In this document: one piece after another, positions 47,323 to 57,422 of the stretch
Position numbering within the stretch: the first letter of the stretch is position 1
How the letters are laid out: every line of letters starts with the position of its first letter
Origin: Vampirovibrionales bacterium
GTDB lineage: Bacteria > Cyanobacteriota > Vampirovibrionia > Vampirovibrionales > JAJTHC01
NCBI GenBank assembly: GCA_044348005.1
Contig: JBIKTR010000005.1
Span: 11,991-75,990 of the forward strand
Direction: 5' to 3'
DNA length: 64,000 nucleotides
The notes under the pieces: generated by a model
Database searches by the model: none
What the model was told of the DNA's origin: nothing
The model's input: the letters and a program-made list of their open reading frames with translations, nothing else
Made by a program: the position numbers and the translations under genes

Positions 47323-48789
47323 ATGGCTTCAAAAAAAGAACGCATCGTTGTGGTTTCAAATAGAGAACCGTATTCCGTTAAATTGACGCTTGACGGCGTG
47401 GCGGTTCAAAAAAATGCAGGGGGGCTAGTTTCCGCCTTAGAACCGCTGGTAAAACAAAGTAACGGCCTGTGGGTGTGTTGGGAAGGTGAAGCGGGTTCTA
47501 AAAGTCAGCTTTCTTCGGTGATCAATGAAATGTCTGAAAACGAAGGGGAATCTTGCTTGCCCTTTTCCGTCTTGCCTGTGGCTTTGACAGATGATGAGAT
47601 TAATCACTATTACAATGGATACGCCAATCGCGTTTTATGGCCGTTGTTTCACTATTTGGTGAGCTACTGCGTTTTTTGGGACGAAAAAGCCTGGCCCAGT
47701 TACTACAGTGCCAATGAAAAGTTTGCCGACAAAGTCATAGCCTACAGCACCAGCAACGACTTGATTTGGGTGCATGACTACCACTTAATGCTGGTGCCTA
47801 GTATGGTTCGTGAAATTAAGCATCACGCGCGCATCGGGTGGTTTTGCCATATTCCTTTTCCCAATTATGAAATCTACCGTCACTTGCCCAATCGTGTGGA
47901 ACTGATTCGCGGGGTGTTGGGGGCCGATTTAGTGGGCTTTCATGTGCCTTCTTATGTCAATCACTTTTTAGAATGTGTGGAGCGTTGCTTGTTAGACGAA
48001 GTCGTGGTTGATCGAAGCGCGCAAAGCATCCGCTACCAAGGGCGGACGATTAAAGTCATTGCCTGCCCCATTAGTATTGACACCGATGAATTCAATGCCC
48101 TGAACGTCAATGAAGACGTTCACCAAAACTCACGCAAGCTTAAAAAAGCGTTTGGCGTGGAGTTTATAGGCGTTGGGGTGGATCGCCTAGACTACACCAA
48201 AGGCATTGTAGAGCGCTTTAAAGCCATTGAACTGTTTTTTGACAAGTACCCACAATACAAAACAAGACTCACCTTTGTGCAAATCGGTTCGCCCACGCGA
48301 ACGGATGTTCCGATGTACAAAAAACTAAAAGACGAAGTGGATTTGGTGCTCGGCAGTATTAACAGTCGTTTGGCCGAAGGGCCGTGGGTACCGATTCAGT
48401 ATTTTTATCGCAAGTTCACGCATGAGCAAATCATGCCGTACTTTGCCGCCAGCGATTTTTGCCTGGTGACCCCCCTGCGAGATGGCATGAATCTAGTAGC
48501 CAAAGAATACTGCCTGACCTGCACAGATGACTTGGGCGTGTTGGTGTTAAGCGAAATGGCCGGTGCTTCTGAAGAAATGACCGAAGCCTTAATGGTCAAT
48601 CCCTACGATTTAGAATCGATGGCCGATGCCATTTACCAAGCCATTACCATGCCCGCCTTCGAACAGAAACAACGCATGAAATCGTTACGAAAACGCATTG
48701 AAGCCTTTACCGTCTTTGACTGGGTGGATCAATTTATAAAGGAGTTCCACGACCATGAGCATTCTAGCCGAGAAGCCGTCCTTTCCTAA
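47323..48789 (+). CDS. otsA: Trehalose-6-phosphate synthase
   Basis: GT20 family features: the LWVHDYHL segment and the C-terminal PLRDGMNLVAKEY motif. Confidence 0.85.
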   Translation: MASKKERIVVVSNREPYSVKLTLDGVAVQKNAGGLVSALEPLVKQSNGLWVCWEGEAGSKSQLSSVINEMSENEGESCLPFSVLPVALTDDEINHYYNGYANRVLWPLFHYLVSYCVFWDEKAWPSYYSANEKFADKVIAYSTSNDLIWVHDYHLMLVPSMVREIKHHARIGWFCHIPFPNYEIYRHLPNRVELIRGVLGADLVGFHVPSYVNHFLECVERCLLDEVVVDRSAQSIRYQGRTIKVIACPISIDTDEFNALNVNEDVHQNSRKLKKAFGVEFIGVGVDRLDYTKGIVERFKAIELFFDKYPQYKTRLTFVQIGSPTRTDVPMYKKLKDEVDLVLGSINSRLAEGPWVPIQYFYRKFTHEQIMPYFAASDFCLVTPLRDGMNLVAKEYCLTCTDDLGVLVLSEMAGASEEMTEALMVNPYDLESMADAIYQAITMPAFEQKQRMKSLRKRIEAFTVFDWVDQFIKEFHDHEHSSREAVLS

Positions 48790-49642
48790 TCCCCTCATGG
48801 TCGAAACCCTCGTTCAAGCGCTTCACAACGGGCAACATTTGGCCCTGATGCTAGACTATGACGGCACCTTAACGCCGATTGTCAGCCGTCCGCAAGACGC
48901 GCAATTGAATGAAGAAGGCCTAAAAACGCTGGTGGCGTTGGCTCAGCATCCGCAAATACAGCTCGCGATTATTAGTGGCCGTTCTGTGGAACAGTTAAAG
49001 CACTTTATGCAAGACATTTTACCGCAAACGCTTTTGCTCGCTGGTTTACACGGTGGCCAAGTGTGGGATGCCTTCCATAATCTTCCGCTTGCAGAACCTG
49101 ATGAAGCCCTCGTTCAGCTTAAAACGCAATTCTTGCAGATGATTTCCAATCAACTTCTCGCCACCTATGGTGAAATTCCTCAAGGCGTAAGCTTTGAAGA
49201 AAAGGGCTATACCTTTGCGTTGCACTTTCGTTTGGCAGAAGCGACGCTGGCCCGTGAAGTGCATGCGCTTTTTCAAAAAATGTTTGATGAAATGCCCGCC
49301 ATTCATAACGCCTTTCGGGTGCAGACGGGGCATTGCGTGATTGAAATAGTCCCTAAGCCCTTTAACAAAGGGGCAGGCGTTCAATTTTGTGTTGATTATT
49401 GGAAAGCGCAACATCCTCAAACGTCGTTCTTTCCCCTTTTTGCGGGCGATGACAAAACCGATGAATTGGGGCTTAAAGCCGTTCTGACCCTTGAAGGCGC
49501 AGGGATTGCCGTTAGTGTAGACCCCCAACACATGCAAGCCCTTACCCCCCATGAACGAGACGCCTTATGGGTATTGAAAGATCCCGCCGAACTCCACGTC
49601 GTGCTTAAAGCCCTCGTAAACGCGCTGGCGCCACACGCTTAA
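48755..49642 (+). CDS. otsB: Trehalose-6-phosphate phosphatase
   Basis: HAD motif I LMLDYDGTL. Overlaps the otsA 3' end. Confidence 0.7.
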   Translation: MSILAEKPSFPNPLMVETLVQALHNGQHLALMLDYDGTLTPIVSRPQDAQLNEEGLKTLVALAQHPQIQLAIISGRSVEQLKHFMQDILPQTLLLAGLHGGQVWDAFHNLPLAEPDEALVQLKTQFLQMISNQLLATYGEIPQGVSFEEKGYTFALHFRLAEATLAREVHALFQKMFDEMPAIHNAFRVQTGHCVIEIVPKPFNKGAGVQFCVDYWKAQHPQTSFFPLFAGDDKTDELGLKAVLTLEGAGIAVSVDPQHMQALTPHERDALWVLKDPAELHVVLKALVNALAPHA

Positions 49643-49653
49643 AAGGAACCCGT

Positions 49654-50763
49654 ATGTTTGACGATCCAGTAAAACCGCACACCTCACGTTCTTCAGATGA
49701 AGCCTACCGTCAAGCAGGGGTGGACTTAGAGCGTGCGAAAGATGTGGTTGAAATCGCTAAAACCGCGACTCAAAAAAGCCAGCGACCCGACATCACCCTC
49801 GGCGGTATTGGTGGATTTTCAGGAGCGTTTCGGATTCCTAAGGGGTATGAATCCCCCGTTTTGTTGGCGGCTACAGACGGCGTGGGAACGAAGCTTGAAC
49901 TGGCTCAACAGTTGGGCCTGCACGACGGCATTGGCATTGATTTAGTGGCCATGAGCGTTAATGACCTACTGACCCAAGGCGGTGAACCCTTGGTATTTTT
50001 AGACTATTTCGCCACAGATCGTATTGAACCAACTCGTTTAGCCACGATTTTAGAAAGCATCGCAAGTGGGTGTGCCGAATCGAATTGTGCATTGGTGGGG
50101 GGGGAAACCGCGGAAATGCCTGGATTTTATGCCAAGAATCAATATGATTTGGCGGGTTTTGCCGTGGGCGTGGTGGAAGAAGCGAAGCTTTTACCGCGTA
50201 GTGAGGCGATGCGCGCTGGAGACGTCTTGCTGGGTGTGGCTTCTAGTGGGCCTCACGCCAACGGATATTCACTAATTCGCAAAATTTTAAAAGACGCCCG
50301 AATCACTGCTGACGTCCCCCTTCCACACAGTGAATTTTCCCTTTACAGCGCCTTGCTAAAGCCGACTCGCCTGTATGTAAAACCGATTTTAGCCCTGCTT
50401 AAAACGCATGCTGCTGCCATCAAGGGCATGGTCCATGTTACAGGCGGTGGCTTTCAGGACAACCTTCCGCGTATATTGCCAGCACATCTAAAGGCCGTGG
50501 TGGATCTTTCTTCGTGGAGCTTACCGCCCGTGTTTCGCTGGCTAGCCCAAACAGGGGGGCTTGATGCCTTGAGCTTATTACACACGTTTAATGCGGGTGT
50601 GGGCTTTGTTTTGTGTGTTTCAGGTGAAGAAGCCGATGGGGTTGCTCAGCAACTTTCAGCGATTTTAGAAGGGGAATCTGTCATTCGCTTGGGCCACCTC
50701 GATGAAAAAACCCCTCAAGACACGGCCATTTCCTTTTTACACGTCGATTCATTTACGTTCTAG
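49654..50763 (+). CDS. purM: Phosphoribosylformylglycinamidine cyclo-ligase (AIR synthetase)
   Basis: AIRS N-terminal and C-terminal domains (GGIGGFSG, DGVGTK). Confidence 0.85.
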   Translation: MFDDPVKPHTSRSSDEAYRQAGVDLERAKDVVEIAKTATQKSQRPDITLGGIGGFSGAFRIPKGYESPVLLAATDGVGTKLELAQQLGLHDGIGIDLVAMSVNDLLTQGGEPLVFLDYFATDRIEPTRLATILESIASGCAESNCALVGGETAEMPGFYAKNQYDLAGFAVGVVEEAKLLPRSEAMRAGDVLLGVASSGPHANGYSLIRKILKDARITADVPLPHSEFSLYSALLKPTRLYVKPILALLKTHAAAIKGMVHVTGGGFQDNLPRILPAHLKAVVDLSSWSLPPVFRWLAQTGGLDALSLLHTFNAGVGFVLCVSGEEADGVAQQLSAILEGESVIRLGHLDEKTPQDTAISFLHVDSFTF

Positions 50764-50874
50764 TGTGTTCGATAGATGAAACGGTCTATGGTCTCTTCGT
50801 TGTCGCGACGATTGGTTATGTATAGTTTTTTTCATTTAAGTGGAGTCTAGAAAATCATTGTATTTTAGGGTTTC

Positions 50875-51365
50875 TAGCTCCATTTAACACTGGTGCTTGG
50901 GTTTCTCGTTTGTTTTTATAGCTGGTGCTTGGAGACCTTTGTGCCGCCAAAGGTCTCCAAACCTCTAAAGGCGGCTTAAGGGGCGGCGGGGGGAGGGACG
51001 TGTTACGTCCTCCCTCCCCCCAGTACGCCCCCCTTAAGAATCCCCCATCCCCCCCTCCCTCCCGTTCCAAACCACGAGGCAAAAATAAACACACAAGGTC
51101 TATAGAAATTGCCACGCTATGCTCGCAATGACGGGCAAAAAGCTTGCCGACAACGCACTAAATGCGAGGCTTCCGAGACATTTTGCCCACGGCAGGAACG
51201 AAGATAGGGCGAGGAGGTGGGGATTCAGGGGGGATTTTCAAGGGGGGACGAAGGGGAGGAGAAACGCAATGCGTCCTTCCCCGTCCCCCCTTGAACCGCC
51301 TTTGGGGGTTTGGGGAGTCTTTGGCGGCGCAAAGACCCCCAAGCACCAGCGTTAAACGGAGCGAG
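50875..51365. repeat. About 480-bp composite palindromic repeat block: an inverted diverged copy (50882-51075) and a direct copy (51209-51360) of the ~150-bp GC-rich unit, flanking a ~130-bp core
   Basis: 51290-51360 is the reverse complement of 50885-50960. Shares the unit with 40231-40385. ORFs predicted inside are judged artefacts. Confidence 0.8.
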
Positions 51366-51434
51366 AAAACCAAACATACAATGATTTTCTAGACTGCTAC
51401 TGTTTAAATAGAAAATACTATAGCTTTATCGTGT

Positions 51435-51833
51435 CTACACCAACGCCGAAGCAATGGCTTCAGGGATGCGACGAAAGGGCTTGAAATCCGCATCGCAGAC
51501 CACACACACGGTGGTTGACTCGTAAATCAACGTCTCCGACCCGTCCGCTTCCAAACGAAATACGGGTTGCGAAAAAATTAAGCGAGGCCCCTTAATTTCA
51601 ACGGTGGTACGAATTTCAAGGGCATCTCGCAATTTGGCAGGTTTGCGAAAACGCACCGTCTGTTCCGCCACAGGATACACATAACCTTCTTGGGGCGTCT
51701 GCAAATCTAGCCCAGCTTCGACCATCACAGCATCCCGAGCTTGTTCCAGCCATTTCAAGTAATTGCCGTGCCACATCACGCCGTAACAATCCGTATCGTA
51801 AATATGCACCTTGAACTGGAGTTTAGAGACTTT
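51435..51833 (-). CDS. Acyl-CoA thioesterase (4HBT/YbgC hotdog family)
   Basis: VHIYDTDCYGVMWHGNYLKWLE hotdog signature. The start was trimmed to MKVSK. Confidence 0.55.
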   Translation of the reverse strand, partial: KVSKLQFKVHIYDTDCYGVMWHGNYLKWLEQARDAVMVEAGLDLQTPQEGYVYPVAEQTVRFRKPAKLRDALEIRTTVEIKGPRLIFSQPVFRLEADGSETLIYESTTVCVVCDADFKPFRRIPEAIASALV

Positions 51834-52566
51834 CATCTGAAGAGACCTCCTCTGTTTCAAGAACCGCTGCCTTGGCGAGTTTTTCCGCTTGACGCTTAAG
51901 TTTTCGCTTGGCATAGGGTGTCAATTTTTTTGCTGTAGATTCAGCCACCGTGTTTTCTTCAACTAAAAAACTATCTAGCCCCGTGAGCGTCAAGCGTTTT
52001 TGTGACAAATCCACGGCTTCGACAAAGTGCGCGTCAAAGGGAATGAGCGTCACTTTTTTGGATGCCTTCATCGTCAATTCAATAAAGTTTTGATCGCCCG
52101 CGTGCGTGGCACTAATAATGGCGGTAACATCTGCCAACGCTTCGGTTGATGTGGTCGTCCATACGTCTAAGCCCACCAGCTCATAAGTGCGGAAGGTAAA
52201 GGGCTCTTTTATCGCGGGGAGCTTGGATTTTTCAAGGTGTAAGGTGGCCCCAATCCATGATTTAATGACTTCGGGGGTGTTCCAGCCTTCAATTTGCAAG
52301 GTGAGCTTAAAGGGTTCGTAGGCGTCTGTTTTCGTCAGTGTCACCCATTGCGGGACTCTCCCCTTGTTGGGCTTACCTTCGGGGGGGCGTATCCAGAGGC
52401 GTTTGACGGTATGGAGCCAATCGGGGTGAGCATCCGTACTGCGGACTTTTACATCGGTGGTGATGCCAACAGCGCCCATAATCTCGCCCACTTCAACCCA
52501 TTCTTGGGCAGGGCTTGGAAAGGCTTGAGCGGTTTCGGCTTTTTCTGTTGGGTGTGTTTGATTCAT
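51823..52566 (-). CDS. rimM: Ribosome maturation factor RimM with Lys-rich C-terminal extension
   Basis: RimM N-terminal and PRC-barrel-like regions. A C-terminal KRKLKRQAEKLAKA tail follows. Confidence 0.65.
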   Translation of the reverse strand: MNQTHPTEKAETAQAFPSPAQEWVEVGEIMGAVGITTDVKVRSTDAHPDWLHTVKRLWIRPPEGKPNKGRVPQWVTLTKTDAYEPFKLTLQIEGWNTPEVIKSWIGATLHLEKSKLPAIKEPFTFRTYELVGLDVWTTTSTEALADVTAIISATHAGDQNFIELTMKASKKVTLIPFDAHFVEAVDLSQKRLTLTGLDSFLVEENTVAESTAKKLTPYAKRKLKRQAEKLAKAAVLETEEVSSDESL

Positions 52567-52572
52567 CGAGGC

Positions 52573-53019
52573 TTACCCTAAAATGGCGGTAATCACGCCG
52601 TCTTTTACGAGAATTTCCGCCCCTTTGAGGCGATCGTAAATGTTGTCTCCCACATGGAGGGTGAGAGAATCGGTGACGTTGCCTGTGGAAACATAGGTGC
52701 CATTGGGCGTATTGGCCAAAAGTTCTTGGCGATTGAGGACGTCTTGCTTGAGGCTTAAGAGTTGCGTGACTTGCTCGTCAAACTGTTGTTGCAAGTGCAT
52801 TTGCGCCAATTGCTGGTCTTCTTGGCTCAAATTGGATTGCATGAGCTCATTCAAACGCCCTTGCGCGGATTCTCTCAATTGCAGGATGTTGGCATCTAGG
52901 GCGCTGAGTTCGGCTTGGTCTTCTTTCATGGCTTTTTCGCGAAAGCCGTCGGTGACCATGGTTTTCACGGTGAGGTCTCGTTGGACGGTGATACTGGCTT
53001 GAGAAGCTAGGGCTTGCAT
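52573..53019 (-). CDS. Hypothetical coiled-coil protein (YlqD-like position upstream of rimM)
   Basis: Positional and compositional analogy only. Confidence 0.3.
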   Translation of the reverse strand: MQALASQASITVQRDLTVKTMVTDGFREKAMKEDQAELSALDANILQLRESAQGRLNELMQSNLSQEDQQLAQMHLQQQFDEQVTQLLSLKQDVLNRQELLANTPNGTYVSTGNVTDSLTLHVGDNIYDRLKGAEILVKDGVITAILG

Positions 53020-53035
53020 AGGGGTTTTCCTTTAC

Positions 53036-53476
53036 TTATGATATATTGAGTCGATAGTGATAACCATGGGCGTCAAAGCCTTCTTTGACCCAAAAGCGGA
53101 TGCCTGAAAAATTGTGGACATAGCAATTCAGTTCAATTTCTTCGATGTCGTTTTCGTCAGCATACGCTTTAATAAAATCCAGCATCGCATGCCCTGCCCC
53201 CTGCCCTTGCAAGTCGGGGAGAATAATGACGTGATCCAACTCCACCGAACGCCCACTGTAATGCCGTGTTGAAAACCATAATCCGCACAGTCCCACCAAG
53301 CGATTTTCTTGAAACACACCGAGGCATTTGTAGGCGTCTTGGGTGAAGGCGTCTAGGCATCGTTCCTTGAGTTGGGGCGGTGGTGTTTGGTGTAAGAGGT
53401 GCATTAAGGGAAGCATCTCTTCAATAAAAGAGGCGTCCAAAAAAGAAAAATGGAAAAGGGTTTTGTTCTCTTGCAT
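53036..53476 (-). CDS. GNAT family N-acetyltransferase
   Basis: LQGQGAGHAML acetyl-CoA motif. Tandem paralog of the next gene. Confidence 0.6.
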   Translation of the reverse strand: MQENKTLFHFSFLDASFIEEMLPLMHLLHQTPPPQLKERCLDAFTQDAYKCLGVFQENRLVGLCGLWFSTRHYSGRSVELDHVIILPDLQGQGAGHAMLDFIKAYADENDIEEIELNCYVHNFSGIRFWVKEGFDAHGYHYRLNIS

Positions 53477-53503
53477 AGGGTTTTCTTTATCTTTTAAATC
53501 TTA

Positions 53504-53944
53504 CTATTCGTGATTATAAATCATGTGATAACGATTGCGATTAAATCCATGCCGTTCATAAAACGCCAACCCTGCTTCATTAAAGGTGAAACAAGCGAGT
53601 TCCATTTTATCAATGCCTTGTGTTAAGCCATACGCCTTAATGAAGTCCATAATGGCTCCACCGATATTACGACCCCGAAAGGCTTCATCCACAATGTAAT
53701 GTTCTAATTCAAAGGAACGCCCCATATAGGTTTTTGTTAGCGTCCAGATGCCACAAATCCCCACGAGCTGATCGTCCACAAAAGCCCCCACACATTGATA
53801 CGCTTCTTGCATGGCTTGCAACCAACGCTCTTTCGCAAGTTCAGGGCTTAAGCTTGGATTTAAGAGACGTAATAAACGGACGACATCAGCCACATTTTCT
53901 TCGCTCACAAAATCAACTTTTAGCGTTTCAGAACTGTTTATCAT
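53504..53944 (-). CDS. GNAT family N-acetyltransferase
   Basis: FRGRNIGGAIM motif. Paralog of 53036..53476. Confidence 0.6.
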   Translation of the reverse strand: MINSSETLKVDFVSEENVADVVRLLRLLNPSLSPELAKERWLQAMQEAYQCVGAFVDDQLVGICGIWTLTKTYMGRSFELEHYIVDEAFRGRNIGGAIMDFIKAYGLTQGIDKMELACFTFNEAGLAFYERHGFNRNRYHMIYNHE

Positions 53945-53964
53945 CAGATCTTCCTTTTAACGTG

Positions 53965-55077
53965 CTACAAACTTGGATTAAACACCTGCTCTTCTGGGCG
54001 CACGTTCGTGTCAAAATCCTCATTAAACGCATAAGGCGGGAAAAACACCCCTTTTTCGGTGATAATCCCTGTAATGAGACTCGCTGGCGTTACATCAAAG
54101 CCGGGATTAAACACCGCCACGCCTTCAGGCGCCGTCCATGTTTCGCCGAGCTGTGTGACTTCAGAAGCGTCTCGCTCTTCAATGGGGATGCCTGAACCGT
54201 CCGCCAAGGTGGGGTCAAACGTCGAGCTGGGGGCCGCGATGTAAAACGGTACGTTATGAGCCTTTGCCACGAGTGCCAAGTTATACGTCCCGATTTTATT
54301 AGCGGAATCGCCATTGGCGGCAATGCGATCGGCGCCAGTGATGACGGCGTCGACCATCTTGTTTTGCATCATCAGCCCGCTCATGCCGTCAGTCACCACC
54401 GTGACAGGAATGCCGTCTTGCATGAGTTCCCATGCCGTAAGCCGAGACCCTTGCTGGCGGGGACGTGTTTCATCGGCGTAGACCATGCTACAGCGTCCTT
54501 GGGCGAAAGCTTCACGAACGACGCCCAACGCCGTCCCGTGACCGCCTGTGGCTAAGGCCCCTGCGTTACAATGCGTGTGAATGCGGGCGTCTTTCGGCAG
54601 GAGCCTGGCCCCGTGGCGACCCATCGCCAAATTGGCTTCGATGTCTTCTTTGTGAATGCGACGGGCTTCGGCTTCAAGTGTGGGCAGCGCATCGGTGAGG
54701 CTGAGGGCATTTTCTTTGACCAGCGTACGAAGCAGGCCGTTCATGCGATCGACCGCCCACATGAGGTTGACGGCGGTAGGCCTGCTTTGACGCAGGGTGT
54801 TTATTTCACGTTGCAGGTATTCATAGGCACAGTCGGCATCGCCAGCGTCATGCACGGCATTTCGCACGGCAAGCACAACGCCATAGGCCGCCGCAATCCC
54901 GATGGCGGGAGCCCCCCGCACAATCATATCCACAATGGCTCGGGTCATTTCAGGGGCGGTGTGAATGGCCACAAACTTGACTTCGGTGGGAAGCAGGCGT
55001 TGATCCAGCAACAAGCAGGCCTCAGGCGTGAGTTCAACAGCAGGGGGCATGTGGGGGTGAAGGGGCATAACTCGCAA
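53965..55077 (-). CDS. mtnA: S-methyl-5-thioribose-1-phosphate isomerase (MtnA / eIF-2B-like family)
   Basis: eIF-2B alpha/beta/delta-like family sequence. The true start is possibly at MPPAVEL. Confidence 0.75.
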   Translation of the reverse strand: MRVMPLHPHMPPAVELTPEACLLLDQRLLPTEVKFVAIHTAPEMTRAIVDMIVRGAPAIGIAAAYGVVLAVRNAVHDAGDADCAYEYLQREINTLRQSRPTAVNLMWAVDRMNGLLRTLVKENALSLTDALPTLEAEARRIHKEDIEANLAMGRHGARLLPKDARIHTHCNAGALATGGHGTALGVVREAFAQGRCSMVYADETRPRQQGSRLTAWELMQDGIPVTVVTDGMSGLMMQNKMVDAVITGADRIAANGDSANKIGTYNLALVAKAHNVPFYIAAPSSTFDPTLADGSGIPIEERDASEVTQLGETWTAPEGVAVFNPGFDVTPASLITGIITEKGVFFPPYAFNEDFDTNVRPEEQVFNPSL

Positions 55078-55304
55078 ACCTTTCCTTTGGGGGGGGGGAC
55101 TTACGCATCATACCAAAAACATACCCATTATAAAATAGGCTTTTGTGATTGGCATTCATTTTTTCTGCATTTTTTAAGGGAGCTTCTCAAGAATTACTTG
55201 TTTCATGGCAAAGTCGTGCTAAACTGGTGTAAGACGCTATATGCCCTTGTTGTGAGGGGTTGTGTCTTTAAAATAGAGATAGCTAGTTTAGGAGATTTAG
55301 GCAA

Positions 55305-56816
55305 ATGATGAACGCCACAACGGAAAGTCCTGCTTGCGCCTTGAATGCGGATGGCTCACCACAAGTGAACGTCCCTATTACGGTGGCTCGTGGAGACGGC
55401 ATCGGCCCCGAAATTATGGAAGCCACCTTGAAAGTGTTAAAAGCCGCTGGAGCCCGTATCGCCATTGAAGAAATTGAAATCGGCGAAAAAGTTTACGGCC
55501 GTGGGCATATGTCGGGTATTGAAGAATCCTCATGGGAAAGTCTTCGTCGCACGAAAGTCTTTTTAAAAGCCCCTATTACCACGCCTCAAGGCGGTGGAGT
55601 CAAAAGCTTGAATGTTACCACGCGTAAAACCTTGGGCTTGTACGCCAATGTGCGTCCGTGTGTGAGCTATTCGCCATTCGTTGCCACCAAGCACCCCACC
55701 ATGGATTTGGTCATTATTCGTGAAAACGAAGAAGATTTGTACGCGGGTATTGAACATCGTCAAACGGATGAAGTGTATCAGTGCTTAAAATTGATTTCTC
55801 GCCCTGGGACTGAAAAAATTGTTCGTTATGCCTTTGAATACGCGCGTTTGCACAACCGCAAAAAAGTCACCTGCTTTGCCAAAGACAACATCATGAAGTT
55901 GACCGATGGTCTGTTCCACAAAGTCTTCGACGAAGTGGCGAAAGAATACCCTGAACTTGAAAACGAGTTCTGGATTATTGACATTGGTGCCGCCAAAATG
56001 GCCGACACCCCCGAAGCCTTCGACGTTATTGTTATGGCTAACTTATACGGCGACATTTTGTCGGATGTAGCGGCTCAAATCGCGGGTTCTGTGGGCATTG
56101 CGGGTTCCGCTAACATTGGTGAACATTGTGCGATGTTTGAAGCCATCCACGGTTCAGCGCCTCGTCGTGCGGGTCAAAATGTGGCTAACCCTTCGGGCTT
56201 AATGTTGGGTGCGGTGCAAATGCTCGTACACATCAACCAGCCTGATGTCGCCACGTTGTTCCACAACGCTTGGTTGAAAACCATGGAAGACGGCATTCAC
56301 ACGTATGACATCTACAAAGAAGGTGTTTCTAAGCAAAAAGTGGGGACGCAAGAGTTCGCTCAAGCCGTTGTCGATCGTATCGGTCAGAAGCCTTCCACCT
56401 TGAAAGCGGTGAGCTATCAAGCCAACGTGGTTGAAGCTGGCGAGCCGAAGAAAACCTATACCCCTACGGTTCCTGCCAACAAGCAAACCGTCGGTGTGGA
56501 TGTCTTCCTTCATGTGAAAACCCCTACCGATGTTGAAGCCTTGGCGGTTAAATTGCAAGCCGCTCAATTGCCGAACTTGCCTTTGAAACTCATTTCAAAC
56601 CGTGGACAAAAAGTCTGGCCTCATGGCTTTGCTGAAACCTTCCATACGGATCACTGGCGCTGTCGCTATGAAAACAAGGAAGGTCAGTCGATTTCTCACA
56701 AAGACATCGTGACCTTGCTTACCAATGTGGATGCTCAAGGCCTTGATTTCATTAAGACGGAAAACCTTTGCACCTTTGACGGTGAACAAGGGTGGACGGC
56801 AGCTCAAGGCAGTTAA
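55305..56816 (+). CDS. icd: Isocitrate dehydrogenase (isocitrate/isopropylmalate DH family) with ~130-aa C-terminal extension
   Basis: Carries the GDGIGPEI, SLNVTTRK and NLYGDILSD motifs. The extra C-terminal domain is uncharacterised. Confidence 0.75.
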   Translation: MMNATTESPACALNADGSPQVNVPITVARGDGIGPEIMEATLKVLKAAGARIAIEEIEIGEKVYGRGHMSGIEESSWESLRRTKVFLKAPITTPQGGGVKSLNVTTRKTLGLYANVRPCVSYSPFVATKHPTMDLVIIRENEEDLYAGIEHRQTDEVYQCLKLISRPGTEKIVRYAFEYARLHNRKKVTCFAKDNIMKLTDGLFHKVFDEVAKEYPELENEFWIIDIGAAKMADTPEAFDVIVMANLYGDILSDVAAQIAGSVGIAGSANIGEHCAMFEAIHGSAPRRAGQNVANPSGLMLGAVQMLVHINQPDVATLFHNAWLKTMEDGIHTYDIYKEGVSKQKVGTQEFAQAVVDRIGQKPSTLKAVSYQANVVEAGEPKKTYTPTVPANKQTVGVDVFLHVKTPTDVEALAVKLQAAQLPNLPLKLISNRGQKVWPHGFAETFHTDHWRCRYENKEGQSISHKDIVTLLTNVDAQGLDFIKTENLCTFDGEQGWTAAQGS

Positions 56817-56840
56817 GCCTAGGGCTCATTCAATGCTTAA

Positions 56841-56873
56841 AAAGGGATGCTTTTACGAGCATCCCTTTTTTTG
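56841..56873 (+). terminator. Rho-independent terminator after icd
   Basis: aaagggatgc-ttttacg-agcatcccttt hairpin followed by a T7 run. Confidence 0.7.
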
Positions 56874-56914
56874 TGTTTACTCTCTCTCTCACTTAGGGAG
56901 AGGGAGTAAACACA
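56873..56914. repeat. REP-like hairpin copy (GTGTTTACTCTCTCTC…GGGAGAGGGAGTAAACAC)
   Basis: Shares the GGGAGAGGGAGTAAA core with the 21840 and 40450 copies. Confidence 0.7.
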
Positions 56915-56985
56915 AAAGGCAATTCACAGAACTTTCTTAGCACAAAAAAAACTGGAGCCGTCTTTAAGCCTTTGTTACCTTCGAT

Positions 56986-57258
56986 ATGGATAGGATGTCT
57001 TCCATGAATACGTGTGTTCCTAATCAACTTGATCTATTTTCCATTCGGCGTCGTTTGATTGAAGCCGATATTTTCAAACAACTGCAAGGCCGTTCTGAAC
57101 AAGACGCCAAAGAAGCCTTGGTGGAAGAATTTGGCGTGGAAATGGCGGCTTACATTGAAGCGGAATATCCGCTGTTGTATCAGGCGTATGTAGAGATGGT
57201 GTTAGACCAAGTCCCTTGGACGACGGGCGTGTTGAGTTCACCTCACTTTTTTTCGTAA
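56986..57258 (+). CDS. Hypothetical small protein
   Basis: ORF only. Confidence 0.3.
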   Translation: MDRMSSMNTCVPNQLDLFSIRRRLIEADIFKQLQGRSEQDAKEALVEEFGVEMAAYIEAEYPLLYQAYVEMVLDQVPWTTGVLSSPHFFS

Positions 57259-57422
57259 ATAAAGTGAAGAAGGGCTTTACTCAGGCAAGCCTTTGTAATT
57301 TAAGCGAGTAAATGAGGCGTGTATAGTTTTGTAACAAAACGTAAAAAGACGTCAATTTTGAGTGGGTATTTTCGTTTATTGAATAGAAGTCCTTTTCTCT
57401 ATAAATAGAGAGGTTTATCAAC

